Shown here piece after piece: positions 39,584 through 52,879 of a stretch of 64,000 nucleotides of DNA. Position 1 is the first letter of the stretch, and each line of letters starts with the position of its first letter. Position numbers and translations under genes: made by a program. The stretch is from Scyliorhinus canicula (taxonomy: Eukaryota), in the NCBI RefSeq assembly GCF_902713615.1, contig NC_052157.1:75705411-75769410 (forward strand). Direction: 5' to 3'. The notes under the pieces are model-generated. The model was given only the letters and a program-made list of their open reading frames with translations, did not search any database and was not told the origin of the DNA.

Positions 39584-40464
39584 ATCAAGTTACAAATAGT
39601 TATTTAAGTCAAATTGAAACTAGTATTTAAATCACTAACTTCATAGATATTAATGTCACTCTACATTGTTTTTTTGAGTTCAGAAACAAACAAACAACTG
39701 TATTACCAGTTCGGTGTGTTGCTTGCTGGCTTGCTGTCCCAGTAGAGGTGTCGGTCGCAGGTCCGGCTGTCTTCGCACTCGGAATGTGAGTGAAGGTCTC
39801 GGATTTGGTGCTGACGTTATCTCCGAGCGCAGAGTGTCCCTCCAGAATCCATGATTGGAACTTAAGTAAGTATTTGCTCGGCCACTTTTATGGACAATTC
39901 AAAATGAACCATTTTCCTATGGGACTGGATTCACATGTGGCCTGACCAGGTAAGGACAACAGATGTTTACGGTTCATACAGTATGGTATTTACATAAAAA
40001 ATGAAAAGTTATTTTTCAATGCAGCATTCTCCGTTGCGAAGTCTCCAACCAACACAGACAACAGGCCAGTAAATCAGCATTATTTTCTCATGGAAAATTG
40101 TTTGTTTCCCCCTGCGATAGTTGGCAGTTTCTGGACGAAGTTTTGCTCAGTGCAATGAAAAAAAACTTCACTACTTCTCACTGAGGCCAGCTGAAGTGAA
40201 GTATGAATCGAGTGTTTCGTGAGCATTGCCTTCAATTCTGCATGATTATATCTCACTTGAATTAATCCATCGAGGCATTTTAGCCATGTCCTGCAGAAGA
40301 ATGTACGCTCTGCTTTGTGCCTTTATAATGTAATTGCAACATTTGTCTTGCCTTCTTTATTGTATTCTGAAACGTCGCCTGACACCATAAATTATCCCAG
40401 TATTAGTCTCCGTGCTGCTTTCCATTAACGCCATGCATCGCCTTTGCATTTGCATCAAATCGCA

Positions 40465-40800
40465 TCATAGAATCCCTAGATTTCAGCAGGGAGTCATTCG
40501 GCCTAATGAGTATGCATCAACCCTTCGAATCAGTAGGCTAGCCATGCTACTCGCCCCTATTCTCGCAACCCCATAATCCAACCTGCACATCCCTGTACAC
40601 GAACGGACAATTTACATTGGACGACTGACCTAACCAGCACGTGTTTGGACAGTGACGTGGAAAGTGTCGCACCCGGAGGAATACCAGGCAGGCTCAAGGA
40701 TTACGTAGTAACTCCACAAACAGTGACTGAAAGCCAGAATTAAACACGGGTCATTGGCACTCTGAAGCAGTAGTGCGAACCATTTTGCCACTGTGATGTT
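40465..40800 (-). mobile_element. Old SINE
   Basis: Decayed reverse copy of the same SINE body. Confidence 0.65.
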
Positions 40801-41109
40801 TCATTTTTCCTTTATTTCATCTATCCATGACACCTTATTGCAATTCATCGTTTTGAATTCATTTGACACAGAAGAGATACGGAACATTATCCAAGGATGA
40901 TATTCCAGTGCTGCAAAAAAGAAGTATTGCATCATGGAACATGCATTTTTCGAGCAGACAGTAGAACCATCCTTCCGCTCCAATAGCAGTAAAGTATCTC
41001 TGATGGAGTCTTTTCAAGACACGCGAAGAAAGTTTTCCCGGTGATTGGTGCCAAACGTATCACATAAAAACACACATTTTCAGCTGGTTGTCAGACAGTT
41101 CAGATCTCT

Positions 41110-44100
41110 CTAAATATTGCCTCATTTTTGGGACATTGGAACCGGTTCTGGGGGTGTTAGAACCATTACAAATCGGATGGTTCACACCTGGACAGGACTG
41201 GAACCAATATCCTGGGGGCTGCTGTTGCTAACACTGTTGGGGAGATTTTAAACTGATGTGGCAGGCGGATGGGGACCAGATTAGGAAGTTAGAGGTCAGT
41301 AAAGAGGTAGCAACTAAAGCCAGTAAGGTACTAGATAATAAACTCAACGTGACTGAAGGCTAGCGTAGACAGGAATGAGATGGTGATCGGAAAGGGACAG
41401 GTGGACTGAGATGCATTTGTTCTAATTCGAGAAGTGTAGCAGGTAGGCAGATGAATTTAGGGATTGGATTAGCACCTGGGAATGTTGTTATTGGTATTAC
41501 TGAGACTTGATTGAGGAATGGTGAAGACTGGCAACTAAATATCCCAGGGTATAGATGCTTCAGGATGGATAGCGAGGGAGGAAAAAGTGTTGGAGGAGTT
41601 GCATTACTGGTCAGAAATGATATGAGTAAATATGGATAGAGCTAAGAAATAGGAAGGGTGGAGTAACATTGTTGGGACTTTACTACAGGCTACCCAAAAG
41701 CGAGCGTGAAGTAGAGGTACTAATATGTAGACAGATTATAGAACAATGTAGGAGCAATAGGGTGGTTGTGATGGGAGATTTTAACTTCCCCAACATTGAA
41801 TGGGACTCATGTAGGGTTTGCGGCGTAGATGGAGCAGAATTTGTAAGGAGCATCCAATATAGTTTTTTTAGAGCAGTATGTAAATAGTCCAACTCGGGAT
41901 TGGGCCATACTGGACCTGGTATTGGGGAATGATCCCGGCCAGGTGGTTGAAGTTTCAGTCGGGTATTACTTTGGGAATAGCGATCACAATTCCGTAAGTT
42001 TGTGGATACTCATGGACAAAGACGAGATTGGTCTTAAAGGAAGAGTGCTAAATCGGGGAACGGCCAAGTATAACAAAATTCTGCTGGAGCTCGGGAAACT
42101 GGATTGGAACAGCAGATTAAGGGTAAATCCACATTTGAAATGTGGGAGTCTTTGAAGGAAATGTTGATTAGAGAGCAGGACAAATATGACCCTTTGAAAA
42201 TCAGAGATAGCAATGGCAAGATTAGCGAACAGTGGATGACGGGTGGAATTGTGAGACTAGCGAAAATGAAAAAGGAAGCATAAATAAGATCGAGGCGATT
42301 CAAAACTGATTAAGCTTTTGAGGAATATCGGGAAAGTAGGCCAAATCTAATCTCAAACGCGCAATAAAGAGGGCTGAAAGGAGTCATGAAATATATTTGG
42401 CTAACAGGGTTAAAGAAAATCCGAAAACTTTTTATTCGTATATAAGGAGCAAGAGGGTAACTAGAGAAAGGATTGACCCACTCAAAGACAAAAGAGGGAA
42501 TTTATGCGTGGAGTCAGAGGAAATGAGAGAGATTCTTAATGAGAACTTTGCATCGCTATTCACCAAGGAGAGGGACATGACGGATGTTGAGGGTAGGGAT
42601 CGATGTTTCAATACTCTAGGTCATGTAGGCATCAGGAAGGGGGAAGTTGTGGGTATTCTAAAAGCATTAAGGTGGAAAGTCGATAGGACCGGATGGGATC
42701 TATTCCAGTTTTCTGAGGGAACGAGGGACGAAATAGCTGGGGTCTTAACAAATATCTTTGCAGCATCCTTGAGCACGGGTGAGGTCCCGGAGGACTGGAA
42801 CATTTCTAATGTTGTCGCTTTTTTTCAGAAGGGTAGCAGGGATAATCCAGGCAATTTTAGACCTGTGAGCTTGACGTCAGTGGTGGACAAACTTTGGAGA
42901 CGATACTGAGGGATAGGATCTATTCACATTTGGAAGAAAATTGACTTATCAGTGATGAGCAGCATGGTTTTTTGCAGGGAAGGTCATGTCTTACAAATCT
43001 AATAGAATTATTTGATGAAGTGACAAAGTTAATTGATGAGGGAAGGGCTGTTGATGTCATATGCATGGACTTCAGTATAGCATTTCATAAAATTTCCCAT
43101 GGATGTTTGGTGGAAAAAGTGAAGTCGTATGGGGTTCAGGGTGCACTAGCTAGATGGATTACGAAGTGGCCGTGTAACAGGCGGTAGAAAGTAGTGGTGG
43201 AAGGGAGTGTCTCAAAATAGAGAAAGGTGACTTGTGGTGTTCCACAGGGATCCGTGCTCGGAACACTGTTGATTGTGATATACATAAATGATCTGGGCGA
43301 AGGTACAAGTGGTCTGATGAGCAGGTTTTCAGATATTAAGATTGGTGGAGTTGCAGATAGTGAGGTGGACTGTCAGAGAACACGGCAAAATAAAGACAGA
43401 TTGGAGAGTTCGGCAGGGAAATGGCAGATGAAGTTCAATCCAGACAAATGGGAGGTGATGCATTTTGGAAGATCTAACTCAAGAGCAGACTATATGGTCA
43501 ATGGAAGTTTCCTGTGGAAAATATATGAACAGACAGATCTGGGAGTCTAGGTCCATTGTACCCTGAAGGTGGCAACGCAGGTCGATAGAGTGGTGAAGAA
43601 GGCATACAGCATGCTTGCCTTCATCGGACGGGGTATTGAGTACAAGAGGCGGCAGGTTATGTTACAGTTGTATAGGACTTTGGTTAGGACACATTTGGAA
43701 TACTACGTGCATTTCTGGTCGCCACATTACCAGAAGGATGTGGATGCTTTAGAGGAGGGGCAGAGGAGGTTCACCAGGATGTTGCCTGGTATGGAGGGTG
43801 CTAGCTATGAAGAAAGATTGGGAAGATTAGGACTGTTTTCGTTGGGAAGTCGTAAGTTGAGGGGGGACCTGAGGAAGGTGTACAAAATTATGAGAGTTAT
43901 GGACTGGGTGGATAGCAACAAGTTTTTTTCCAAGATTGGTGATGTCAATTACAAGGTGTCACGATGTCAACGTGCGAGGGGGAAAGTTTAATGGAGATGT
44001 GCGTGGAAAGCGTTTTATGAAGAGGGTGGTGGGATCCTGGAAAGCTTTGCCTGGGGAAGTGGTAGAGGCGGGCACGATAGGATCATTTCAGATGCATCTG

Positions 44101-44240
44101 GACAGATATATGAACGGGCGGGGAACAGAGAGAGTTAGATCCTTGGAAAATAGGCAACAGGTTTAGATAAAGGATTTGGATTGGCGCAGGCTGGGAGGGC
44201 GAAGGACCTGTTCATGTGCTGTAATTTACTTTGTTCTTTA
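41110..44240 (+). mobile_element. CR1 LINE (ORF1 end + ORF2 pseudogene + 3' tail)
   Basis: LYYRLP...VVMGDFNFPNIEW, KENPKTFYSYI, PGNFRPVSLTS, GRSCLTNL, GVPQGSVLG, HLEYYVHFWSP; multiple frameshifts. Confidence 0.93.
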
Positions 44241-45987
44241 GATCCTGGGTTCCATGATTTAATGAACAATATTAACTGTTTTAAAGATGATTAAGGCCGA
44301 AATTATGCTCACTCTTGTCGTTCAATTATTAATGTGAAAATGTGTCTTCTCCAAAATATCTCATTAAAATATCTACTGTTCGAGAATCTTGAGGCGACAC
44401 ATTCCTCGTTACTCTCCCATGAATTAGTTTAGCAACCAAACGTGTGTTCAAAATAAATAATTTCTTACCTAAAGCTTCTAATTTCGTTTGAAGTGTTTCT
44501 TTTTCTTTACAAATGCAAGCATATCAGCGTGTTAGAAATAAGACAGTGTACGTAGGCACAAGATGGGGCATTATGGTAATTCAATCTTGTTTTGACACTG
44601 CATAGGATCGCGAGTGAGGTACACAAATCAACGCCACTTTCTAGCATTCTACAGATCTCTCGCTTCATATTTGTCCCCCAAATCGTTCCCTTTAAATCAC
44701 AAAAACTATTGGGCATCCATAATATTATGCGGCAGGAAATGCAAATTCATAGTCACCTTTTGGAATATCTGTCTATAATTTCAAGCCCACACCACTGAAT
44801 TCTGCGGAAATCGTCCGATCCCTAGTTCCACGGCTTGAAAGCAGGGGAAACTATTGTTCTGCATCCAGCTCGTCAAAATACCTAAGATTCAACCTGTTCA
44901 GAAGTCTAGATATACAGAGCGTTCACAGCAAACTGGACTAGCAGTTGTTCTGCTGTGCCTATTTCTCGTTCCTCCAAAAATAACAAATCTATATCGTCAG
45001 GTCCAACCGTTGTACGGCACATTGTTGCGCTCAGGTGCCTGTTAAATATGCTTTTGTATGTGACAATTTAATTCGTCTCGCTGACACTAGCAGGTGGGAC
45101 GTTGTACCTCTCTTTCGCCATCGTTCTGTCAGGAGACCTTGGTTACAAAAGGTCTTGTCTACTTTAAGTCAGAGGAAATCTGAGGACATGGCAGAAAGTA
45201 ATGTACAGGCCGTTGCCTGTTTATCCTTTGAAGAATGTTGAGCTGTGAACTATGAATTATGCTTAAAATTATGAGTGATGTTGCAGAGTGGCTGTGGACA
45301 CAGTGATTCCTTTTGCGGACATTTAAACATTAGCGGCTTATAAGCTATTTGACTGGCTGAACAGTATGTGTGTGTATGTGTGTTGAGGGAGTGACGGTAA
45401 GGATATAGATGCAAAACTATAGATTTGTGGCCCTTCTGGTATTGATCGGAGCTAATTCCGACATATTGCATTCGGTTATCCGAAAATTTCTGATCAATAG
45501 TACACTGCTAATGTTAGTGTGACTGAGATAGAAACATGTTTTTTGTGTAGAGCATTGAAGATGATTTGGGTGTGTAATGTACTTGCCGGATGATGTATTT
45601 ATCAAGAACAATTGCATCTTAGACATAAACGATGTATAAACAAAAACTGTGGGTCAAAAATTACAAATAAAGGTGAATAATAGTATAAAAATGCACAAGC
45701 AACCTCTCTCCCAACTCCCGAGTCCGTCTGAGGTCTCCTGACTCGACCATTAGCTTATGTACTAATGAGACTTCTAGCGGTAAAGCAGGTGAAATACAAC
45801 ACAAATTTGATATCAAAACATCCCCTATCATTTGATCGAATAAATTAATACATTATCATTCGGAAATTTACAAGCGATATCATTTGTCTGTGAGTCTAAC
45901 AGCATTAATATTTCCTGATTTAAAGAAAAAAGTGATTTAAAAGCTATATGTTATATATATGTATATATGTGTGTTTGCGTATTTTAC

Positions 45988-46271
45988 ATATAGATAGAGA
46001 AATACAGCACAGGACATGCCCTTCGGCCCACGATGTTGCGCCAAACTTTTGTCGTAGGTTAATCATAGAATTTTGGATAATTTTTCATGGCCAATCCACC
46101 CAACCTGCACATATTTGGACTGTGGGAGGAAACCGGAGTACCCGGAAGAAACCCACGCAGTCACGGGGAGGATGTGGAGATTCCACACATACAGTGACCC
46201 AAGTCGAAATCGAACTTGGGACCCTGGAGCTGTGAAGCAATTGTGCTATCCACAATGCTACCGTGCTGCCC
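45988..46271 (-). mobile_element. SINE directly at the 3' end of the adjacent CR1, same orientation
   Basis: SINE head gggcagcacggtagcattgtgg (minus strand) at 46271; tail toward 45988. Confidence 0.85.
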
Positions 46272-48440
46272 TTAAGAGGTTAACCTACACTCCATTATTC
46301 TACCCTAATCCATATACCTATCCAATACCCGCATGAAGTTCCCTAACGTTTCCGACTCAACTATTTCCACAGGCAGTGCATTCCATGTCCCACTACTCTC
46401 TGGGTAAAGAAACTACCTCTGACATCCCCTCTAGATCTTCTACCATTTATCTTAAATTTATGTCCCCTTGTAATGGTGTGTCCACCGGGGAAAAATCGCT
46501 GACTGTCTACTCTATCTATTCCCCTAATCATCTTATAAACCTCTATCAAGTCGCCCCTCATCCTTCTCCGTTCTAATGAGAAAAGGCCTCGCAGCCTCAA
46601 CCTTTCCTCGTATGACCTACTCTCCATTCCAGGCAACATCCTGGTAAATCTCTTTTGCACCTTTTCTAAAGCTTTGACATTCTTCCTAAAATGAGGCGAC
46701 CAGAACTGCACACAGTACTCCAAATGTGGCCTGACCAAGGTTTTGTACAGCTGCATCATCACCTCTCGGCTCTTAAATTCAATCCCTCTGCTAATGAACG
46801 CTAGCACACCATAGGCCTTCTTCACAGCTCTATCCACTTGAGTGGCAACTTTCAAAGATCTATGAACATAGACGCCAAGATCTGTCTGTTCCTCCACATT
46901 GCCTAGAACCCTACCGTTAACCCTGTATTCCGCATTCATGTGTGTCCTTCCAAAATGGACAACCTCACACTTGTCAGGGTTAAACTCCATCTGCCACTTC
47001 TCAGCCCAGCTCTGCATTCTATCTATGTGTCTTTGAAGCCGACAACAGCCCTCCTCACTATCCACAACTCCACCAATCTTCGTATCATCTGCAAATTTAC
47101 TGACCCACACTTCAACTCCCTCATCCAAGTCGTTAATGAAAATCACAAACAGCAGAGGAGCCAGAAGTGATCCCTGCCTCTACCGAGAGGGGCCTCACGG
47201 TAGCATGGTGGTTAGCATCAATGCTTCACAGCTCCAGGGTCCCAGGTTCGATTGCCGGCTGGGTCACTGTCTGTGTGGAGTCTGCACGTCCTCCCTGTGT
47301 GTGCGTGGGTTCCCTCCGGGTGCTCCGGTTTCCTCCCACAGTCCAAAGATGTGCGGGTTAGGTGGATTGGCCATGCTAAATTGCCCGTAGTGTAAGGTTA
47401 ATGGGGTATACGGGTTACGTGGGTTTAAGTAGGGTGATCATTGCTCGGCACAACATCGAGGGCCGAAGGGCCTGTTCTGTGCTGTACTGTTCTATCTATC
47501 TATGCGGTACGCCACTGATAACTGGGCTCCAGGCTGAATATTTGCCATCCACCACCAATCTCTGTCTTCTATCCGTTAGCCAGTTTGTTATCCAACTGGC
47601 CAAATTTCCCACTATCCCATGCCTCCTTACTTTCTGCACAAGCCTACAATGGGGAACCTTATCAAATGCCTTACTAAAATCCATGTACACTACATCCACT
47701 GCTTTACCTTCATCCACATGCTTGGTCACCTCCTCAAATAAGTCAATAAGACTTGTAAGGCAAGACCTATCCCTCATAAATCCGTGCTGACTATCCCTAA
47801 TAAAGCAGTGCCTTTCCAGATGCTCAGAAATCCTATCCCTCAGTACCCTTTCCCTTACTTTGCCAACCACCGAAGTAAGACTAACTGGCCTGTTATTCCC
47901 AGGGTTATCCCTATTCCCTTTTTTGAACAGGGGCACGGCATTCGCCACTCTCAAATCCTCTGGTACCACCCCTGTTGACAGCGAGGACGAAAAGATCATT
48001 GCCAACGGCTCTGCAAATTCATTTCTTGCTTCCCATAGAATCCTTGGATATATCCCGTCAGGCGCGGGGGACTTGTCTATCCTCAAGTTTTTCAAAACGC
48101 GCAACACATCTTCCTTCCTGACAAGTATCTCCTCGAGCTTATCAGTCTGTTCACACTGTCCTCTCCAACAATATGGCCCCTCTCGTTTGTAAATACTGAA
48201 GGAAAGTACTTGTTCAAGACCACTCCTATCTCTTCATACTCAATACACAATCTCCCGCTACTGTCCTTGATCGGATCTACCCTCGCTCTAGTCATTCTCA
48301 TATTTCTCACATATGTGTAAAAGGCCTTGGGGTTTCCTTGATCCTACCTGCCAAAGATTTTTCATGTCCTCTCTTAGCTCTCCTAATCCCTTTCTTCAGT
48401 TCCCTCCTGGCTATCTTGCATCCCTCAGCGCCCTGTCTGA
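46272..48440 (-). mobile_element. Young 5'-truncated CR1 LINE, RT region largely open, interrupted by a SINE
   Basis: ORFs 47496..48107 (PDGIYP...YMDFSKAFDKVPH...GVP) and 46361..47146 (INDL...KFADDTK...HLEYCVQFWSP). Confidence 0.95.
47178..47502 (+). mobile_element. SINE inserted into the CR1 GVPQGS motif
   Basis: Complete SINE with (tcta)n tail, flanked by tgc (47175-47177 and 47503-47505). Removing it restores the CR1 sequence gatccctgcggtac. Confidence 0.9.
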
Positions 48441-48449
48441 ATCTTGTTT

Positions 48450-50630
48450 CTTCAGCCCTACAATGTATGTTTATGCATATGTATATGACCTGCTGCTCAA
48501 TATTTGTAGTTTCAAGATTCTCCTCCACATTCTCATGCCCAGGACCTGCAGGACCATTTGGCACTGCAGCTGGCATTGAGTTTGACGTAGAATCGCCATC
48601 CATGACGTTAATAGGTAAATCTTCTCTGGTTTTAAGAGTGCATGGCGATTTATTCTTAAAATCAACTCTGCTCTGTCTCTGCATTGTCGAATCGAGGGCT
48701 ACGTCTTCAAGTACAATGACTTTTCTCAACCAATTGCGTGAATCTTCTATTCTCACAATGTAATCACTGCACAGACCTGGGATAGTTATCTACACTCTAT
48801 CATAGAGCTTCTTGCGTTTTGCTTTAATGTTTTGCATTGCCTGCAGTCCCCCTGCATTATTCTCTTTCTTTGTTTATGTGCTGTAAAAATATTTGATGTG
48901 TCCAAAAAAGAATGTGTCATCCACAGTGCTGTTAGATCTGCTGTTGAGCTTTCAGTAACATTTCTGAGGAAAGTGATATTTTTTTCCTTTGCATTTGGAG
49001 CAAAACTTGCCAAACGCTGGGCACTGCATTAATTTGAGCTTTTGACCACATGCCTTACACAGAAAGACTTTCTCCTGAATGTTAACCTGTTTATTGGTGC
49101 GCGAGGAGCTGGAAAAATTTTTCCACTTTCTTTTTAAGTTTCCTGCCTTGATGAAAAAAGGGCGGTAACCTGAGTGCTTTCGTCCAAGAAGATGCCGCCA
49201 TTACTGAGGAAAATTTTTGAATGATGTGCTGCAAGCTTGTGAGCCTAAAATTCTTTCGGCTCACGAGTTGGACAAATTATTTTAAATAGTAGAGTTTGTT
49301 CAAAGCACAGCTCCGATTCTCGCAGAAACCGTTACCTCTTTCATTCAATCCAAACACAATTTCGTCCCGAATCATGGAAATCTCCACCACAGAAAAAATA
49401 CAGCTTTTAGCTTTTAACTTTAAATTAGTGATTAAATTCTCCCCGCGTTCGCTTGTGTTTCGCACTCACAACACAATGATGTGCTGGCTTGGTGGATTGA
49501 CAACGCTAAATTGTCCCTTAATTGTACAAAATGAATTGGGTACTCTTAATTTATAAAAAAACCAAAAAAAAAAAAAAAAGTTAGTGATGAAATAATCTAT
49601 GGACACTTCTGTCTTCGGTACTCATAACCTGAACACATGCCTTTCGTAAATGACATTCTCTCTGGGAGTTCAATGTTCATTAAATCTTCTCAGTACTTAG
49701 TTAATGTGTTTACTATCTTCCTCGTTTGGACATTTCAACGTATTAAGCACAGAAATTCAGAGGGGCTCTGCCACTGTCAGGAATATCGCTACCTTACATG
49801 AATCATATTGATCTCCTAAATTTAGTGTAGTAAAAAAAAGATTAAACTTTTCTTTAAACATACGCCAATTGCTGTCCATTTCACCATGCAATCTGAGACT
49901 CATTGGCGACTTCAGAGACTCCAAGTAGTTTATTTTTGCTGTCAGCAAAATGTTCAAATATCTGTGGACCTCGTTACTATTAACCAATTTTGCTGGTAGG
50001 GATAGCTGGTTTTCAAACATTCGTGCCAGATTGGCTTCAGCAGTCACAGGTTGTGGAATTTTCTGCTCGTTGAAGAGACGGGAGTGGTCACTCTCAGTCT
50101 TGCTTTTTGACTTGCAGAGTTTTTCATTGAAGAGCCTTCACTCGATGATGTGATAGATTTCTCTCAGTGCTTAATAACATCCATTCCTGTTACCATGTCA
50201 TGCTCTTGTCGGATCGCCTGATTTATATCAGGAACACATTTGTCACAAAAGCTACAAACGATTAATTAACATCAACTGTAGGTACAATATATGTGAAGAT
50301 CAGATGGATAACAGTTTGAACATTCACAAGCAACAGGTTGGGTGGATTGGCCATGACAAATTGTCCAAAATTCTATGATTAACCTAGGACAAAAGTTCGG
50401 CGCAACATCGTGGGCCGAAGGGCCTGTTCTGTGCTGTATTTCTCTATTCTCTATAAACATCTGTCCTAGCTCTCTAGTCTGCTGGAGTCACCTGAGCCAA
50501 ACATTCACTTACGTACCAATGAGACTCCAAGTGGTCAGTAAGTGAAATACGAGACAACAATGAGATCACTGCAGGGTCTCTATTCGAAATAATCGATGTA
50601 ATGAGTTAACGCCCTTTTTGGACTCATACA
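48450..50630 (-). mobile_element. Degenerate Ty3/Gypsy element 5' part (LTR from ~50196, Leu-like PBS, gag, start of protease)
   Basis: LRLHGEMDSNWRMFKEKF...KVAIFL and LKLKAKSC...MIRDEIVFG are Gypsy gag motifs. PBS-like TGGTAACAGGAATGG at 50195-50181 follows ...TGACA. A SINE fragment lies inside (~49440-49580). Confidence 0.75.
50336..50455 (+). mobile_element. 120-bp 5'-truncated SINE/CR1-tail insertion, present only in copy A
   Basis: Flanked by AACA (50332-50335 and 50456-50459). Copy B has a single AACA at the empty site (57776-57779). Confidence 0.9.
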
Positions 50631-52879
50631 CGAATATGTTAAGGTAGTAATACACACAATCGTTCTCATTTATACATAAGTCCTTGTGTCTTCACAGCAC
50701 TGAATGTAAAAGGCGAAATTCTTACCCCGTTCTAGTTTCTCCAACTGTTCATCTGTGATGAAACGCGGGCAAAAGTTTTGATTTACGAGCTGCAGATTTT
50801 GGAACCATGCAAAGCTATATTTAAAGATACATAAATGATCTTTATTTTTTCTCATAACTGGAAGAGGGTAAAGGTACAACGCGGGAGATCAAAGGAGTCA
50901 GTAAGCCAAGGATATGCGATGTTGGCATGGGTTCAAATTCTAGAATTCCAGCTGGAGGGTGTTGAATTTAAAAAATGCGAATTTTGAATGGAACTGTAGT
51001 CAGAATAAAGGTGAGCATAATGAGTTAATGGTTTCTTACAAAACAAAACCTCATCGTTCAGCCAATATCCTTTGAGAAAGGAAGATTGCTATCCGGACAG
51101 AGTATGGTACACATGGAACTCCATTAAACGACAATATGGTTGAATCATAACTGCTCCCCGAAAAGACTTAACAGCTATTCAGTGTCAAGGCAATGAATAG
51201 CTTTCTGGTGATAGTTTATATCACCTTTGTTATTTGAAATTAAAACCTGCAGTTGGTGTCCCAGTGGTTGAACGTATGTTTCCAGGCTTCAAATCCAGAG
51301 CTCCTAATTAACAGAACCACTCTTATATATCGTATTTTAGTTACACGCAACAAAATATGTTGCTGTATGTTTTTCGTCATCTAATCCTGCAATCATATTT
51401 CATGTTCTTTCCACTTCCCCTGTACTTCACCAACTTAAATTTCAATGCCTTTGTGACATTCTCTGCAGTAATATTTTTCATGAAATTTCAAGCTTTTTGC
51501 GTATTCTGTGAAAAAAATGTTTCCTTTATTCCCGTGTGGTATTGGTCTAACGTTTCACTGACTCAGTCGTTTCTTGCGAAAACGAACATTCGAAATAAAA
51601 GCGAAAATGTCACTCATTTTCTATCCATCAACTTATATTTCCCTCATTGATCTGTCCCCCCCCCCCACCACTCCACCAATCTATGCTCCTCGAATCGGTT
51701 CGCCACATTTTGGCCATCTGTTTCCTGTTGCTGGTTGTCCTTGAACACACTGTTCACTTTGGTTCTGCCATTCACGCATTCTAATCTCTTCATGTGCCAC
51801 GGTTAACACCCTTCTTAGCCTGATTAACCTCAATTTACATTCCTTTTGTCTTTCTCCCCACATCTTTGTCTATCCCCACCTACCGCTGACCCCATATACT
51901 GCCCCATCTGTGCGCGCCAGCCATACCCACCCCGCAACATGAGGATAAATATGACCTTTTTTTCCACTTCCTCGTTGCTTTTACAAAGTGTCATCGATAC
52001 TCGAAACGTTATCACCCTTCAGTCTCCACAAGTGCTGTCAGACATGTTGTGATTGTGCAGTATTTTGTTTGGTTTCTGACTCCAGCATCCGAAGTAACTT
52101 ACTTTTATTCTAAATAGACGTGTGATTGAAGTATTCCGCGCTGTTCTTGATCACTCAATACTAAAACGATTCAATTATTCCTTTTTTCCAAGTGTGCACC
52201 GATGGGTCGCCCGAATGGTTGTATACTGCGGATCTGTTCAGGCAACGTCTCCAGAGAACATGTAACGAATTCACAGGCATACCTTGTTTTTCTTCTAACA
52301 CCATTTCAATCGGTATCTTTCCAATTGGAGACCACTAATATTCCCATGATCTTGTTCTTACAGTTTTATGTAATTTCCAGCAGACCTGTTCCTCTGCATG
52401 AAGCACTCATTGTCGGAAGTGGGTTGAATAAGGTCAGTGGCGTTGCCGTTTTCTCGTTGACTTAGAAGCAAATACTCTGCGTACTTGTTCTACAAATAAA
52501 GACTTTCCTCTAACACGAGATAATTTTTGCGTCCTTCTCCAGTTCGGAATAGCATTTTTATCAAGGTATGTCTCCACAATACGCTATTTTGTTTTTACCA
52601 CTCCACTAATATTCTTCTACTCTCACCAGCATCACTCCCACCTACCAAAAGGGATTTACATACCTAATCTGCCAAGACTCCTGAAAAAGATGATCTAAAT
52701 ATCACAGTCCCTGTATTTTTTTCTCAGGCATTATTGACATCCCTCATACAATCTTCAGTGTGACTGATAACTTGGATTCTTAACAATAATTTTTCTGAAG
52801 CGCACGCGCCAACAATAACATTTTATCTTCAATTCTAATGCGCACTGACCAGTGTTAGTCTCCCCACAGCTGTTCCGGC

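Noticed and set aside
44450-45500. Possible decayed coding sequence in a non-repeat island
   Set aside because: Short protein-like stretches on the minus strand, but stops in the frames examined and no family I can recognise.
46361-48107. Functional reverse transcriptase that could serve the LTR element
   Set aside because: It is a non-LTR CR1 RT, 5'-truncated and interrupted by a SINE. It is mechanistically unrelated to tRNA-primed LTR replication.
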